DNA from: Eledone cirrhosa
Lineage: Eukaryota
Assembly (NCBI GenBank): GCA_964016885.1
Contig: OZ024759.1
Span: 11,966,001 to 12,030,000 of the forward strand
Reading direction: 5' to 3'
DNA length: 64,000 nt
The position numbers and the translations under genes were made by a program. The notes under the pieces are model-generated. The model was not told the DNA's origin. It searched no databases and was given only the letters and a program-made list of their open reading frames with translations. This document shows positions 43,740 to 58,509 of this stretch, in pieces. Every line of letters starts with the position of its first letter. Positions within the stretch are counted from its first letter, which is position 1.

Positions 43740-44125
43740 AAATGATACCAAACTATATACACCAAACTATATATACCAAACTATATCCACCAAACTATAT
43801 ACGCCAAACTGTATACACCAAATTATACACACTAAATTATACATGCAAACCATATACACCAAAATATATACCAAACCATATACCAAACCATATATACCAA
43901 GCCATATATACCAAACCATATATACCAAACCATATATACTGAACCATATATACCAAACCATATACACCAAACCATATACATACCAAACTATACACCAAAC
44001 CATATACATACCAAACTATACACCAAACCATATATACCAAAACATATATACCAAAAGATATATACCAAACTATATATACCAAACAAAATATACCAAACCA
44101 TATATACCAAACTATACACATCAAA
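43740..44125. repeat. ~14-bp degenerate minisatellite ATACCAAACYATAT
   Basis: Direct tandem reading. Confidence 0.9.
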
Positions 44126-44179
44126 TTATACACACATATAAAGGATCAATGACATTGTGAAAATTTTAATTAGTTGTCT

Positions 44180-44228
<49 letters not shown>

Positions 44229-44453
44229 GTATATATATATATATATATAAATGTATATATATATATATATGTATATACACACACATATATATATATTTGT
44301 GTTGAAGCCCAAAACATATATACCAAAACATATATACCAAACTATATGTACCAAACTATACACATCATATTATACTCACATATAAAGGATCAATGACATT
44401 GTGAAAATTTTAATTAGTTGTCTTGTGTATATATATATATATATGTATGTATG

Positions 44454-44528
<75 letters not shown>

Positions 44529-44535
44529 GTGTGTG

Positions 44536-44595
<60 letters not shown>

Positions 44596-44596
44596 G

Positions 44597-44679
<83 letters not shown>

Positions 44680-44704
44680 GTATATATATATATGTATATA
44701 TATG

Positions 44705-44735
<31 letters not shown>

Positions 44736-44736
44736 G

Positions 44737-44781
<45 letters not shown>

Positions 44782-44836
44782 GTATATATATATATCTATA
44801 TATATATATGTATATATATATATGTATATATATATG

Positions 44837-44892
<56 letters not shown>

Positions 44893-44923
44893 CATATATA
44901 TATATATACATATATATATATAC

Positions 44924-45470
<547 letters not shown>

Positions 45471-45509
45471 ATATGCATATATATATATATTTATATATAT
45501 ATATATATA

Positions 45510-45601
45510 TGAAGTAATTCCGTCGGAAAAGTCCAGGAAAAAAGAGTGCTCTATGTAGGTAACAGAGCTTAATAGTTATGTAATGAACAACATAAGATAA
45601 T

Positions 45602-45662
<61 letters not shown>

Positions 45663-46160
45663 ATATTTATATTATTATATATATATATATATACGTACGT
45701 AAATGAAGTATTTACGTTGGAAAGGTACAGGAAAAAAGAGTGCTCTATGTAGGCTACAGAGCTTATTAGTTATGTAATAAACAGCATAAGATAATTATTT
45801 CATTTACCAGTGGTTTCTTGAAAGCAGATGTTATGTCTGTCTTCAGTCATCTTATGTTGTTTATTACATAAATATATATATATATTTATATAATAAACGA
45901 CACAATGTAATTATTCCATTACTAAAGGTTTCACGAAGTTAGACGATTCTAACAGAAATGCCTGACATCGCTCATCAGATAGAATTAAAATAAAGATTCC
46001 TTCTGATGAGCGACATCAGACGTTTCTGTTAGAATCGTCTAACTTCGTGAAACCTTTGGTAATGGATAATTACATTGTGTTGTTTATTACATAATTAAAT
46101 AGCTCTGTACTATATATAGAGCACTCTTCTTTCCTTTACCTTTTCCACAGAAATACTTAA
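45510..46160. mobile_element. Cluster of three family K units
   Basis: aaagagtgctctatgtagg..tatgtaat repeated at ~45540 and ~45735; third unit has arms ~45890-45979 and ~46002-46089. Confidence 0.85.
45998..46066 (+). ncRNA. Type I hammerhead with extended stem II (GUA site)
   Basis: tcctt-CTGATGA-gcga..agacg tttct gtt agaat cgtct..tcgt-GAAA-cctttg-GTA-atgga. Confidence 0.8.
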
Positions 46161-46266
46161 CATATATATGTATATATTCGTTTATGTGTGTGTGTGTATA
46201 TATGTAGATCTATATATATATACACATATGCTCATATACATATGTTTGTGTGTGTGTGTATATATC

Positions 46267-46305
<39 letters not shown>

Positions 46306-46309
46306 TATA

Positions 46310-46685
46310 AAATAAAATAATTAAGTCAAATATTTAAAATTTGGCTTCGTTTATTAATGATGTACTGCTATATATATTTCGGAGAAATAACAACCCAACC
46401 AGGAGCTGGACATATCGATGTATTGACTGAGTAAAACACTTCAACAACATGTGTAGCTGTCTCTACCACACCAATTCGGACTGCCTGAAGAGGTCACAGC
46501 CAATGATGGCTGTCATCGAAATATATATAGCAGTACATCTTTAATAAACGAAGCCAAATTTTAAATATTTGACTTAATTACTTTATTTTACATTACTCCG
46601 GAGTAACCAAACCAACCTGCGTACTTCGTTGAGTGCTCCAATCTGCATACTGAGGTGTTGGTATACAACCAACATATACTCAAAA
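46310..46685 (+). mobile_element. Fold-back family L
   Basis: Arms ~46310-46381 and ~46517-46590; AATAAA at 46543; tail with GAGTGCT at 46631. Confidence 0.88.
46480..46534 (+). ncRNA. Textbook minimal type I hammerhead ribozyme
   Basis: actgc-CTGAAGA-ggtcacagcca atga tggctgtcatc-GAAA-tatat-ATA-gcagt; all core nucleotides canonical, palindromic stem III. Confidence 0.92.
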
Positions 46686-47068
46686 TATATATATATGCAC
46701 ATATACATATGTTTGTGTGTTTCTACCTGTGTGTATATGTGCGCATCTTTGTATGTATATGTATGTAAGGGGTCATTACATGTAATATATTTATACATTC
46801 TTCTTATGTGTTGGTTCAGTTCTGAGAAATCTGCGACAAAATGACAAAATATCCAACTAATAGTCGACTGGAAACATTGTTGCTAGTTTGGGCTTTAATA
46901 CTTCACTTGCAGTACTTTTAATACCATAACCCTTCTTTGTCTGACACACAGGTCTGTGATCTTATCGATAAACTTGGTAAATTGGGGGACAGGGAGAAGT
47001 CGGGTGTTTTGGAAGTTAGAGACACATATGTGTTCATCATAGCTCAGAGATAGTAAATATGTAATGCC

Positions 47069-47101
<33 letters not shown>

Positions 47102-47224
47102 CATATATATAAATATATATATGGGGAGGGATGGGCTTAAAATGCCCAATAAGGGCTGTATATCAATACGGTACCCCTACGACTCTATCAGCAGTTACGG
47201 GACCAGACCATATATATATATATA

Positions 47225-47502
47225 TATTTAATATAGAAATGGCTTCTACAGGACTAGAACTGTTTCATTAGGGAGCCGACTGTCCAAGTAATGTGGTGGT
47301 ATTTATATCTTTTCTGGTGGTAGGAGAGGGTGGTGATTGGGATAGGTGGAGGTCCTTATTTGGACAGTTGGCTTCATGATGATTTCTCCTAAAAGAAACA
47401 GTTCTAGTCCCGTAGAAGCCATTTCTATATTAAATATTTATACTCTGCTTTGTATTGAGTACCTTACTTACTGTGGTAACCCCTGATTAAACCCAGGATA
47501 AT

Positions 47503-47507
<5 letters not shown>
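47225..47507 (+). mobile_element. Family B fold-back with hammerhead 47370-47420 (C3A-mutated core)
   Basis: ggcttc-ATGATGA..GAAA-cag..ccc-GTA-gaagcc; homologous to 6350-6690. Confidence 0.85.
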
Positions 47508-47543
<36 letters not shown>

Positions 47544-49448
47544 CATAGCTCAGAGATATTAAATATGTAATGCCATATGTATCAGCATAGCTCCATAGCT
47601 CTGAACTGGCTTGTGTCAATAGGACAACTCGTCTAACCCATGCTAGCATGGAAAAATGAACGCTGATGAGGATTGTCATAGCTGAGAGATATTAAATTTC
47701 TATTTCCATATATATCTTTCTAGTTGAGAAATAGTAAATATGTAATTCCATATATCCAGTTTATTTCTGCTGGTTGGGGTAGCATTCTGCTACTTGAACT
47801 TTTAACGTCACATCTACCTCATGAAATGACATTATGAAGACATTCTTTAAAAGTATAAAACAGTGTTATGACTATCACATTAAAAATGTAAGTCATTACT
47901 CAAATACTGCAAATCTTTACAATGATTTATCTGCTAGTAAAGATACTATAAACATTTGAATTAACAAACCTGTGCTTTAGATATTGTCTCGTAAATGATT
48001 ACAGAATGTTAAGAGTTAATGAAATATATCTCTATAATTGAAAGGTTTACAGTATCCCTGTGTCTTGCTAATACTGATTTTTATATATTATATATTTCCT
48101 TTAGTATCGTAATCTGTGTTCAAAGACTGCATTGTATAGAAGTTCTCTGATATTATTCAGTATAACTTCTGTTTCATCGAAGTGATAGATATATATTTTC
48201 ATATTGGCAGATATTTGCCATGGAAATATTAAAAGATTCAGGTCTTAATGAGACACACTGAGCAAGGTAAACCTTCAGATTAGAGAGTCACACTTCATTA
48301 AGTAACTGAACACTATCCTGAACTGCAGAAAGGAATTGGAAACATGGAAATACACATGTAGTGTCTCTGAAGAGTAAAGATATATATAGTATATGAAAAT
48401 CACTGAATTTATTTCAACAACCTCTGGCTGTAATCCACTCCGTATTATGGCAGTGTTTCGATATTGATACCTCCATGGGGCTTCACATGGTACTGCAGTA
48501 TTGTACCAATCATTGTCCCACTCAATGATAACTGGGGTTAATCAGTTGCAGAGTATATCTCTACAGAGTTCGGTAGTGAGGTGGCAAAAATTGAACAAAT
48601 TCACCAGGGCAATCAATAATAGTTCAATACGACTTAGTGATCATCAAATCATCCAATAAAGACATCAAAATTATTGATATATCCCACAAATCAATCAATT
48701 ATGGTCATCAACACAAATTAATACAGCTAACATTAAACTATTGATAATCAGTTCTGACTGTAAAAAGATCAAAGAAAATGCTGACATTTACACCTCTCTG
48801 ATTCTCAGCGTACCTTATTTCTTCAAATCCCCCCATTTACCCATTTTACCCAGTTTATCAGTGGGAACACATATCTTTAAGGAAAGACATGGCATATAAT
48901 TGTTACATTATAAGTATATTTACTATGGAGGGGATTTAAATGTTCCTTATTTAAAAAGATTTACAGTCCACAACAGCATAGAGGGTACTTTTCAATTTTC
49001 TCACTGACCAATCATTGCCCAAGAAATCGATGGAGCTTGCTGCAAAGTTCATAGTCTGACTAATTTTTCACCTTCAGTTTTAGGTGTATTATGCAACATC
49101 AGAGACTGTGTTAATTTTTAACAAGTTTCATTAGAACCCTTGATGCTGTTGTGGACTGTTAGAAATATAACTAACTTTCCCATTTTTAAGCCAGTGTTCG
49201 GAACATAACAAAGGATTTTGTAATGGTAGGGTACTCATGCAGCAAACGAGAGATGTGGGTTTGACTCCCATGTATGCTACTACCCATCTTTTCCCTGCGT
49301 TGGGTTTATATGGCCCTTTATTATGACTGTGTTATCTAGTCAAATGATATGGAGAACCCTTATATTTCTAATTCGATTTTCAAATGATTTTAACATAAAA
49401 TTATGTTGGAACATTTTGAGATAAATATAAACTGTTTAGAATAAAGAG

Positions 49449-49700
49449 GTTTCAGTCCTAGAATGAGGGGTCAATTTCTGGTGTACTGGTATCAAAAGGT
49501 TTGTCATAGAATGAGGGGTCAATTTCTGGTGTACTGGTATCAAAAGGTTTGTCATAGAATGAGGGGTCAATTTCTGGTGTACTGGTATCAAAAGGTTTCA
49601 GTCATAGAATGAGGGGTCAATTTCTAGTGTACTGGTATCAAAAGGTTTCAGTCATAGATTAAGGGGTCAATTTCTGGTGTACTGGTATCAAAAGGTCTCA
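49449..49700. repeat. 48/49-bp tandem repeat from a MITE end (~5 copies)
   Basis: catagaatgaggggtcaatttctggtgtactggtatcaaaaggttt. Confidence 0.9.
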
Positions 49701-49814
49701 AAGTACTCACTGTGAGGAATTAATACTTGACCCAGTAACAAGGTTTCTGTTCTTATATTTTGTGGCACTTTGTGTTGTAATTCACACATAACTGCACTGA
49801 CATGGTAGCTTTGT

Positions 49815-50060
49815 GGGACTGGTTATGGGGAGAATGTTTTGTAGGGGGTCATACATTAGCTGAATTTGGTAGAGTAGAGGACAAAATACCATTTAAGGGA
49901 CTGATTATGGGGAGAATGTTTTGTAGGGGGTCATACATTAGCTGAATTTGGTAGAGTAGAGGACAAAATACCATTTAAGGGGCTGATTATGGGGAGAATG
50001 TTTTGTAGGGGGTCATACAGTAGCTGAATTTGGTAGAGTAGAGGACAAAATACCATTTAA
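49815..50060. repeat. 82-bp tandem repeat, 3 copies
   Basis: Units start at 49815, 49897 and 49979. Confidence 0.9.
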
Positions 50061-50263
50061 CTCTTTAGCATTTACTCTATATTTACTATTGTTTTTTCAC
50101 GGTAAACACTTTATCTCACATAATATTGAATCTATGAGATTTTGATATTATTTATTTTGAGAACAATACCTTAACATAAGTGTGAGCTGCTAGTTACAGC
50201 TGGTTTGAACAGAAAGAGGTGAGAAAATGCTGACTAGATACAGCTGGTTTAAATGCAAAAAGG
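50061..50263. mobile_element. piggyBac-like MITE (same family as 14575-14787, opposite orientation)
   Basis: TTAA-CTCTTTAGCATTT..AAATGCAAAAAGG-TTAA; empty site ccatTTAAgggactga visible in the preceding units. Confidence 0.85.
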
Positions 50264-50512
50264 TTAATGGACTGATTTCACCTCTTTACATTCTGAGTTC
50301 AAATCTTGCTGAAGTAAACTTATTTCATTCTTCCATTTAAAAAAAACAAAAACAAAAAACAAAGAGCAACTACCCGTGGTGTACTGGGGTTGATATAGTT
50401 CACTTTAGCACTCCACCAAATACGTGGCCTTAGGGCTACCTTAAAAATCATCATCAGCATCATATATAGTGGGGTTGATATAGTTCATCATCAATATTTA
50501 ACACCCGTTGTT

Positions 50513-50812
50513 TTCCTCTGCTAGCAAGGGTCTTCCCCTGCTAGCAAGGGTCTTCTCTTGCTAGCAAGGGTCTTCTCTTGCTAGCAAGGGTCTTCCCCTG
50601 CTAGCAAGAGTCTTCCCCTGCTAACAAGGGTCTTCTCCTGCTAGCAAGGGTCTTCTCCTGCTAGCAAGAGTCTTCCCTTGCTAGCAAGGGTCTTCCCCTG
50701 CTAGCAAGAGTCTTCCCCTGCTAACAAGGGTCTTCTCTTGCTAGCAAGGGTCTTCTCTTGCTAGCAAGAGTCTTCCCCTGCTAGCAAGGGTCTTCCCCTG
50801 CTAGCGAGGGTC
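50513..50812. repeat. 20-bp minisatellite (~15 copies) from an RTE-like tail
   Basis: ctgctagcaagggtcttccc. Confidence 0.9.
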
Positions 50813-51120
50813 AAACAGTTCATTGTCAGACGAGGGTCAAACGGTTCACGTCAAGTATTTAGTCGGAACTACTGATATCTCAAACAGGCCAGGAGCCTGT
50901 TTATCATATGTTCCCACATTCTGCAGAGTGCACTGGGTGCATTTTTACATTTTATCATGGCACCAGGACAAGAGAGGTTATCATGTATTCAACAGTCCTC
51001 CTGAGTCTTATCAGGCCTTATGCTGATCCTAGTAATCAACATAGTGTATACATACATACATATATATAGTATTATACATATATATATATATAGTAATATA
51101 CATATATATATATATATATA

Positions 51121-51520
51121 TAGTAATAATAATAAATGTGAAGACTAAAATCCAAAGAGGGCTCGATAAGGATAAATATATATCAAATAAGAACCCAAAT
51201 ATTTATTAAAATTACAGATTAAAGTTTAAGCAAAGAATCGCTGCTTTCACCCTTAACGGGATCTTCTGAAACTAAAAAAATCAATCTGTGAACGCAGAAG
51301 TAAATATTTCGAAAAACGTTGCAGCCGAAGGAAAACAGGAAGATGATACTTTGGTTTGTGAAGACGTTCCCTGGCAATGAACGGAAAAAAGCGAAGATAA
51401 TACATCGTTATGTGGAGCGATGAGAACAATTACGCGCAAAGACAAATAGTTTCAGAAGATCCCGTTAAAGGGTAAAAGCAGCGATTCTTTGCTTAAACTT
51501 TAATCTGTTATTTTAATATA
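51121..51520. mobile_element. Fold-back family A copy with complete tail
   Basis: Arms ~51205-51274 and ~51447-51519; CAGAAGA core on both arms. Confidence 0.88.
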
Positions 51521-52114
51521 TATATATACACATATATATATATACACATATATATATATATATAGTCATGAGTGAATAACAATAATATTATAAATAGTGG
51601 TTCTGGAAGCCTCAACAATGCAGGTGGGTAAATCTCCAGGTAACAGAATTAGGTGGCAATGGGGGAAAGATGTAAGAGGAAGTGTAGAAAGAGACGTAGA
51701 GGGCGTCAAGGAACATAGGAAATGTGTAAAATATAATAACACAAGATAGAGTTACCTGGGAAGTGATTTAATTGTCCCTATATTTCGGATTTCACATCCA
51801 TCAACGGGGTTTTTCAAGGGGAAAAAAATTTTGTCGGAGAGCGACAACACATGGCCTTCGTTTGTTTACTGTGTGCGTACAACTATAATTAATAATAATA
51901 TAATATCATAGTATTATTAATATTTGGTCTGTAAGCTAACAGCCTCATTAACAGCACGTGTTCCACTATAACGAAAGGATGATGTTGGTCATATTAACAC
52001 ATGGGGTTTATGAGGCTGTTTGCTGGCCGACCAAATATTAATAATATTGTTATTCCCTCACAAATACATTTAGCTATCCACCATGACAAATTTTGTTTTA
52101 TATATATATATATA

Positions 52115-52534
52115 TAGGAACGAGTAGGACCCCGACTGCAGAGCTCAAGCCATTTCAACGGCTATTTCTGGAATAGTCCAGAAATAGCCGTCGAAACGGC
52201 TTGAGCTCTGCCGTCGGGGTCAAACATTTTCCTATTACCCACTCTACTACCCTAAGTATTGAGTACTCTGGTGAGTTATGGTCCATCTGGTTCCTTACCA
52301 CACCTCCTTCGTTATATATATATATATATATAACGAAGGAAATGTGGTAAGGAACCAGGTGGACCATAACGCACCAAAGTACTCAATACTTAGGGTAGTA
52401 GAGTGGGTAATAGGAATGAGTAGGACCCCGACGGCTAAGCTCAAGCCGTTTCGACGGCTAATTCTGGAAAACTGCGTCCAGAATTAGCCATCGAAACGGC
52501 TTGAGCTCTGCCATCGGGGTCCTACTCGTTCCTA
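52115..52534. mobile_element. Tail-to-tail dimer of family D fold-back units
   Basis: 52115-52313 (+) and 52331-52534 (-) around a short (TA)n. Confidence 0.9.
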
Positions 52535-52645
52535 TATATATATATATATATATAATTTTATTCCACGCTTGCATGAGTTGGACGAGTCCTTCTCAATATA
52601 TATGTATATGTGTTTGTGTATGTTTTATGTGTGCATGTGTGTATA

Positions 52646-53105
52646 TATCATCATCATCATCACCATCGTTTAACGTCCATCTTCCACGCTAGCATGGGTT
52701 AGACGGGAGTTGTCCCACTTGAGGTAAGATTGGTCGGGTGACCATGTCTCGCTCATATAAGACTATCTGGCAAGTTTTCTACGGCTGGATGCCCTTCCTA
52801 ACCAACCACGTTTACAGTGTGGACTGGGAGCTTTTTACCGTGTTACCTACACGGCCACATTACAGCGTGGACTGTGTGTTTTTTTTGTTGTGACACCTAC
52901 ACAACCTCATTAGTTTGGACTAGATGTTGTGGTACTAACATAACTTTATAGAGAAAGGGGTGGTGTTGGTGGGAGGATGGAGTGGAGTAGTGGGTTGGGG
53001 TGTATATTTGGTTAAGAGGTGCCTACTGACTGTAGGTTAACTTTGTATGTAGGGCACGTGGGTCTTCTGTATTACTGCGTAGCGCCAAAGGTCTCAATCC
53101 AGTGA
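52646..53105 (-). mobile_element. Second copy of the 4083-4499 RTE-tailed element
   Basis: Colinear reverse-complement similarity with an (ATC)n tail. Confidence 0.8.
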
Positions 53106-53244
53106 CACATATATATATAGATTAATCATTTTAAAAGGTATCTATATTTGAAGTTCTAGTTAAACTTTAATTAGTTACCTACCTAGCTGTGTGTGCTTAC
53201 ACACTCTACAAATTATTCCCTGTGATTGTTTCATATGTTTATTT

Positions 53245-53321
<77 letters not shown>

Positions 53322-53339
53322 TTTTCAATCATGTATATT

Positions 53340-53535
53340 TTTATTTGTTTGACCCGAATTACTTGATCGTATTTTTTGGCTGTGCGAATGATTGTTTAAA
53401 CATCGTCTCAGTGTGTTTGGTATTAAACGTTAGTTATAGCTCTGGTTCATCCGAACCATTGAGCACTTTGCCGCACATTTCTGAGATTGTTTTTCGTTAT
53501 TTCGTGGGCCGAAGTTTCGATTCTCGATAATTTTA
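53340..53535 (+). mobile_element. Family G tail fragment
   Basis: Homologous to 25010-25176; hairpin 53439-53467. Confidence 0.75.
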
Positions 53536-54974
53536 TTTGTATATATATATATATAAATATATATACATATATATATGTCAATCAATTTCTAGTTGATATA
53601 AAATGCTTGGATCTATTCATTGGAATCTTTGAGCATATTCTACAGTGGATATGGCGCATGTCTCTCGGACATGACACCCTTAATTTAATTTTAGATATAT
53701 ATATATATATATTTAGTGTCATAGTAGTGGGTGTCGGTGGGGGGTGGGGTGATATTTAGTGTCATAGTAGTGGGTGTCGGTGGGGGTGGGGTGATATTTG
53801 ATGATGTTGTGTGGCATCTTAACCCTCTCCATGTCTGACCACAGCCAGTTTCTTCCACAGAGAGAGAGGGGGATGAGAAATTGACCCTAGTGTATGATTG
53901 GTACTTTATTTATCGCTCCTAAAAAGATGAAAAGCAAAGTTTACCTTGGTGGGATTTGAACCCTGAGTTTTGAGAGCCCAAGAGATTATCATAAAGCATT
54001 GTATCTTATAATCTAGTAATTCTATGGAAGCCCACAAATCATTTTATTCTAGACCCTAATAATTCTATGGAAGCCCACAAATCATTTTATTCTAGACCCT
54101 AATAATTCTATGGAAACCCACATCATTTTATTCTACCCTAATAATTCTATGGAAGCCCACTAATCATTCTATTCCATACCGTAATGTATGGAAGCCTGCC
54201 AACTGTACTCATGTCACAGTGTCATGCTAATTCCACTTGAGGGTAGCCATGTTTGTGGAATACTCAGCCACTTTACATGCTAATTCAATGAATAGGTCAT
54301 TCAGTCCATTGAACAACTAGACATTCATATATTGTTCTTGATGGGACAGTCCATTATATCCTTTAGGGGTGTTCCTTTTAACTCTATTGTTAACATATTT
54401 CTAAAGACATTGCCTACAAGATGGGGAGGGAGAGAGAGATGGAGGCAATGATAGTGGGAGTTTGGGACTTCCGTATTTGGACACATTTGTCAAACTGAAG
54501 GTTTTCTGAAACAATTGTACCATAAATGAAACAGGTCTCTGACCCCTAAAAAAGGAGAAGTGGTGTATGAATTCTAGTCATCGTGAGACTGCACTCTAAT
54601 AATTTGATACTGTTTCATTGAAAAATAATCAAGAATTTGGAGGGATTTCACATTACTAAACTCTTGAGTCCTTTCATTACTTTCTCATTATTGAGCTGCT
54701 GTTTGGAACATAACTTAACAGAGGTTCTTATATGAAATTATGATTGAAATTTTTTTAGATAACTAAAAATGTTCTAAAGCAAGAAGTTTTGTAGAAGCAG
54801 GAGTGTTCTGGCCCTTTAACTTCTGAGTTCAAATCCTACTGAAGTCAACTTTACCGTTCATCATGCCAGGGAGGGATGGTCAATGAAATACCAGTAAAAT
54901 ACTGAGGTCATTACAATTTCCCCTTCCTGTTTACGGTGCCTAAATTAGGCACCAATATTATGACAGAAGTATTT

Positions 54975-55985
54975 ACATGTGGTAGTGATATGACATATCA
55001 TTATCACATGTGATATGTCATATCACATGTGGTAGTGATATGACATATCACTATCTACATGTGATATGACATGGCACTACCTACATATGATATGACATAG
55101 CACTGCCTACATGTGATATGACATAGCACTACCTACATGTGGTATGACATAGCACTACCCACATGTGATATGACATAGCACTACCTACATGTGGTATAAC
55201 ATAGCACTACCTACATGTGAGATGACATAGCACTACCTACATGTGATATGACATAGCACTAGCTACATGTGGTATGACACAGCACTACCTACATGTGATA
55301 TGACACAGCACTACCTACATGTGGTATGACATAGCACTACCCACATGTGATATGACATAGCACTGCCTACATGTGATATGACATGGCACTACCTACATGT
55401 GATATGACACAGCACTACCTACATGTGAGATGACATATCACTAGCTACATGTGGTATGACACAGCACTACCTACATGTGGTATGACATAGCACTACCCAC
55501 ATGTGATATGACATAGCACTGCCTACATGTGATATGACATAGCACTACTTACATGTGGTATGACATAGCACTACCCACATGTGGTATGACATAGCACTAC
55601 CTACATGTGAGATGACATAGCACTACCTACATGTGAGATGACATAGCACTACCTACATGTGAGATGACATAGCACTACCTACATGTGAGATGACATATCA
55701 CTATCTACATGTGATATGACACAGCACTACCTACATGTGATATGACATGGCACTACCTACATGTGATATGACATGGCACTACCTACATGTGATATGACAC
55801 AGCACTGCCTACATGTGATATGACATAGCACTACCTACATGTGATATGACATAGCACTACCTACATGTGATATGACATGGCACTACCTACATGTGGTAGT
55901 ATTATAACACGTGTATCTACATGCATTAAGACATATCACTATCTACATGTGGTAGTACTATGACATATCAATATTGACATGTGAT
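54975..55985. repeat. 26-bp satellite (30+ copies)
   Basis: ACATGTGATATGACATAGCACTACCT. Confidence 0.95.
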
Positions 55986-56109
55986 CATATTAATATATAT
56001 AGCTAGTGTATGTAAACCTGGCTGTTAGAAGTGTCCACCCTGGGACCTAAGATCAAAGGTTTTCTTACAATGACTTCCAGCATATAAGAGAATACATTAT
56101 GAAATGTGT

Positions 56110-56640
56110 GAAGTCATGTGGTTAGGATGTTTGGTGTGTTGGGTCCTTGAGCAAGACACTTTATTTCCCGTTGCTCCAGTCCACTGTGTCCTTGAGCAAG
56201 ACACTTTATTTCACATTGCTCCAGACCACTGTGTCCTTGAGCAAGACACTTTATTTCACATTGCTCCAGTCCACTGTGTCCTTGAGCAAGACACTTTATT
56301 TCACATTGCTCCAGTCCACTGTGTCCTTGAGCAAGACACTTTATTTCACGTTGCTCCAGTCCACTGTGTCCTTGAGCAAGACACTTTATTTCACGTTGCT
56401 CCAGTCCACTGTGTCCTTGAGCAAGACACTTTATTTCACGTGGCTCCAGTCCACACATCTGGTAAATATAAGGAGTTGGTACCTGCAATTCAAAGGAGCC
56501 AATCTTGTCACATACTGTATCATGCTGTATATTCCTGAGAGCCACATTAAGGACACCCATATATGTAGAATGCTCAGCCACTTGCTCGTTAATTTGATGA
56601 GCAGTCTATTCCATTGTTCAAACACCTGGAATACTCAGTA
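56110..56640 (+). mobile_element. S2 SINE with its core amplified as 7 x 45 bp (56143-56453)
   Basis: gtccttgagcaagacactttatttcacRttgctccagtccactgt. Confidence 0.85.
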
Positions 56641-56853
56641 TAACCAGCCAAAATTCAACACTATGCAGCGTATCTTTTCATTTTAAACCTTTCTCATACC
56701 AAACTCCTGGTTCTACAATGCAAAACAGTTGGTTTTAAAGTGTTTATATTTATATAAAAACTTTCTGTCATAATTTTATATAAGAATCTTTATTAAGTTA
56801 TGTCCCGAACACTAGTATAATAATGAAAAAGTTATATTATTAAATCCCTTCAA

Positions 56854-57040
56854 TGATAAGGTGGATTGGCAGTATCGGTAGAGGGTCGGACGCCATGCTT
56901 TCCAGCATAGTTACGTCCCTTTACGATCTGAGTTCAAATCCCACCGAGGTTGACTTTGCCTTTCATCCTTACGGGGTCGATAAAATAAAGTACCAGTAAT
57001 GCACTGGGTAATTGCTGGCCTTGTGCCTAAAGTAAAAACA
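56854..57040 (+). mobile_element. S1 SINE with 18-bp TSD, nested in an inverted MITE
   Basis: attattaaatcccttcaa at 56836-56853 and 57041-57058. Confidence 0.9.
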
Positions 57041-57514
57041 ATTATTAAATCCCTTCAAATTTTTTATTATTTTCCAAATTCTGTGAAAGCCATAGACAGT
57101 GTCTTTCAATAGAAATCTGATGATGAAAAGAGATAGTGAAGTGTATTAGAGGTAATATTGCTACTATTTTTAGCAGATCAGGTATGGCCCCTGACAGAAA
57201 TTGAGGCAAGATTGCCTTCAGGCCCTGAGTTTCACTTAAGGACTGTGAGGCATTGTTTCCTTGATCAAGACACTCTATTTAATATTCCAAATCACTCAGC
57301 TGGACAAAATTGAGTTGTACATGTAACTCAAAGCTCTAGCCTTATCACACAATATAGAATGCTCAGGCACCTGCATGTTATTCTGTTTCAACTCGAACAT
57401 TTGTTGTTGACACTGACAAAGATCTGACATATTACAGTTGTTTCTTGGGACCAGCTCTTATGTGTCAAATGATATATATATATATATGTGTGTGCATATA
57501 TATATATATATATA

Positions 57515-57566
<52 letters not shown>

Positions 57567-57612
57567 CATATATATATATATATGTGTGTGTGTGCATATA
57601 TATATATAGATA

Positions 57613-57712
<100 letters not shown>

Positions 57713-58239
57713 TATATATATATATATGTGCATATATATATATATATGTGCATATATATATATATATGTGCATATATATATATATATGTGCATATATATA
57801 TATATGTGCATATATATATATATATATGTGCATATATATATGTGTGTGTATATATGTATATATACATATATACATATATGTGTGTGTGTGTATGTATATA
57901 TAAATGTGTATACACGTATGTGTATGTATGTATATATAAATATGTGTATATATATGTATATATGTGTGTATGTATATGTATATATATATATGAGCATGTA
58001 TATATATATATTGTTATACTGTGTATGTATGCGTATGTATATATATATAAATGTGTATATATATATATGACCATGTATATATATATATATGTATATATAC
58101 ATATATATGCGTGTGGTATGTATATATAAATGTGTATATATGTATGTATATGTGTAAGCATGTATATATAAATGTGTGTATATATATATATATATGTATA
58201 TATAAATGTGTGTATGTATATATATATATATATATGAGC

Positions 58240-58279
<40 letters not shown>

Positions 58280-58509
58280 TATATATATGTACATTGTCAT
58301 ACACATTCAGATATCATATATATTATATTATATTATTCTACATAAAGTTCACACACACACACACACACATAAATACACAATTTTATTCACTGACACCACG
58401 ACAAATTATTTCTACCAAAAGTCAAGTCTCTCCAACTCTTAAATTGTTATTTATTGACTGTGATTTATATGAAGTTTTGAGTGGGAACAACATTCTTTAT
58501 AAAACTACT

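Noticed and set aside
48275-48541. Open frame on the minus strand (IIEWDNDWYNTAVPCEAPWRYQYRN..)
   Set aside because: No start codon, weak donor, no recognisable homology.
56104-56686. ORFs with 15-aa repeats (CVLEQDTLFHVAPVH)
   Set aside because: Product of a 45-bp SINE-core tandem repeat.
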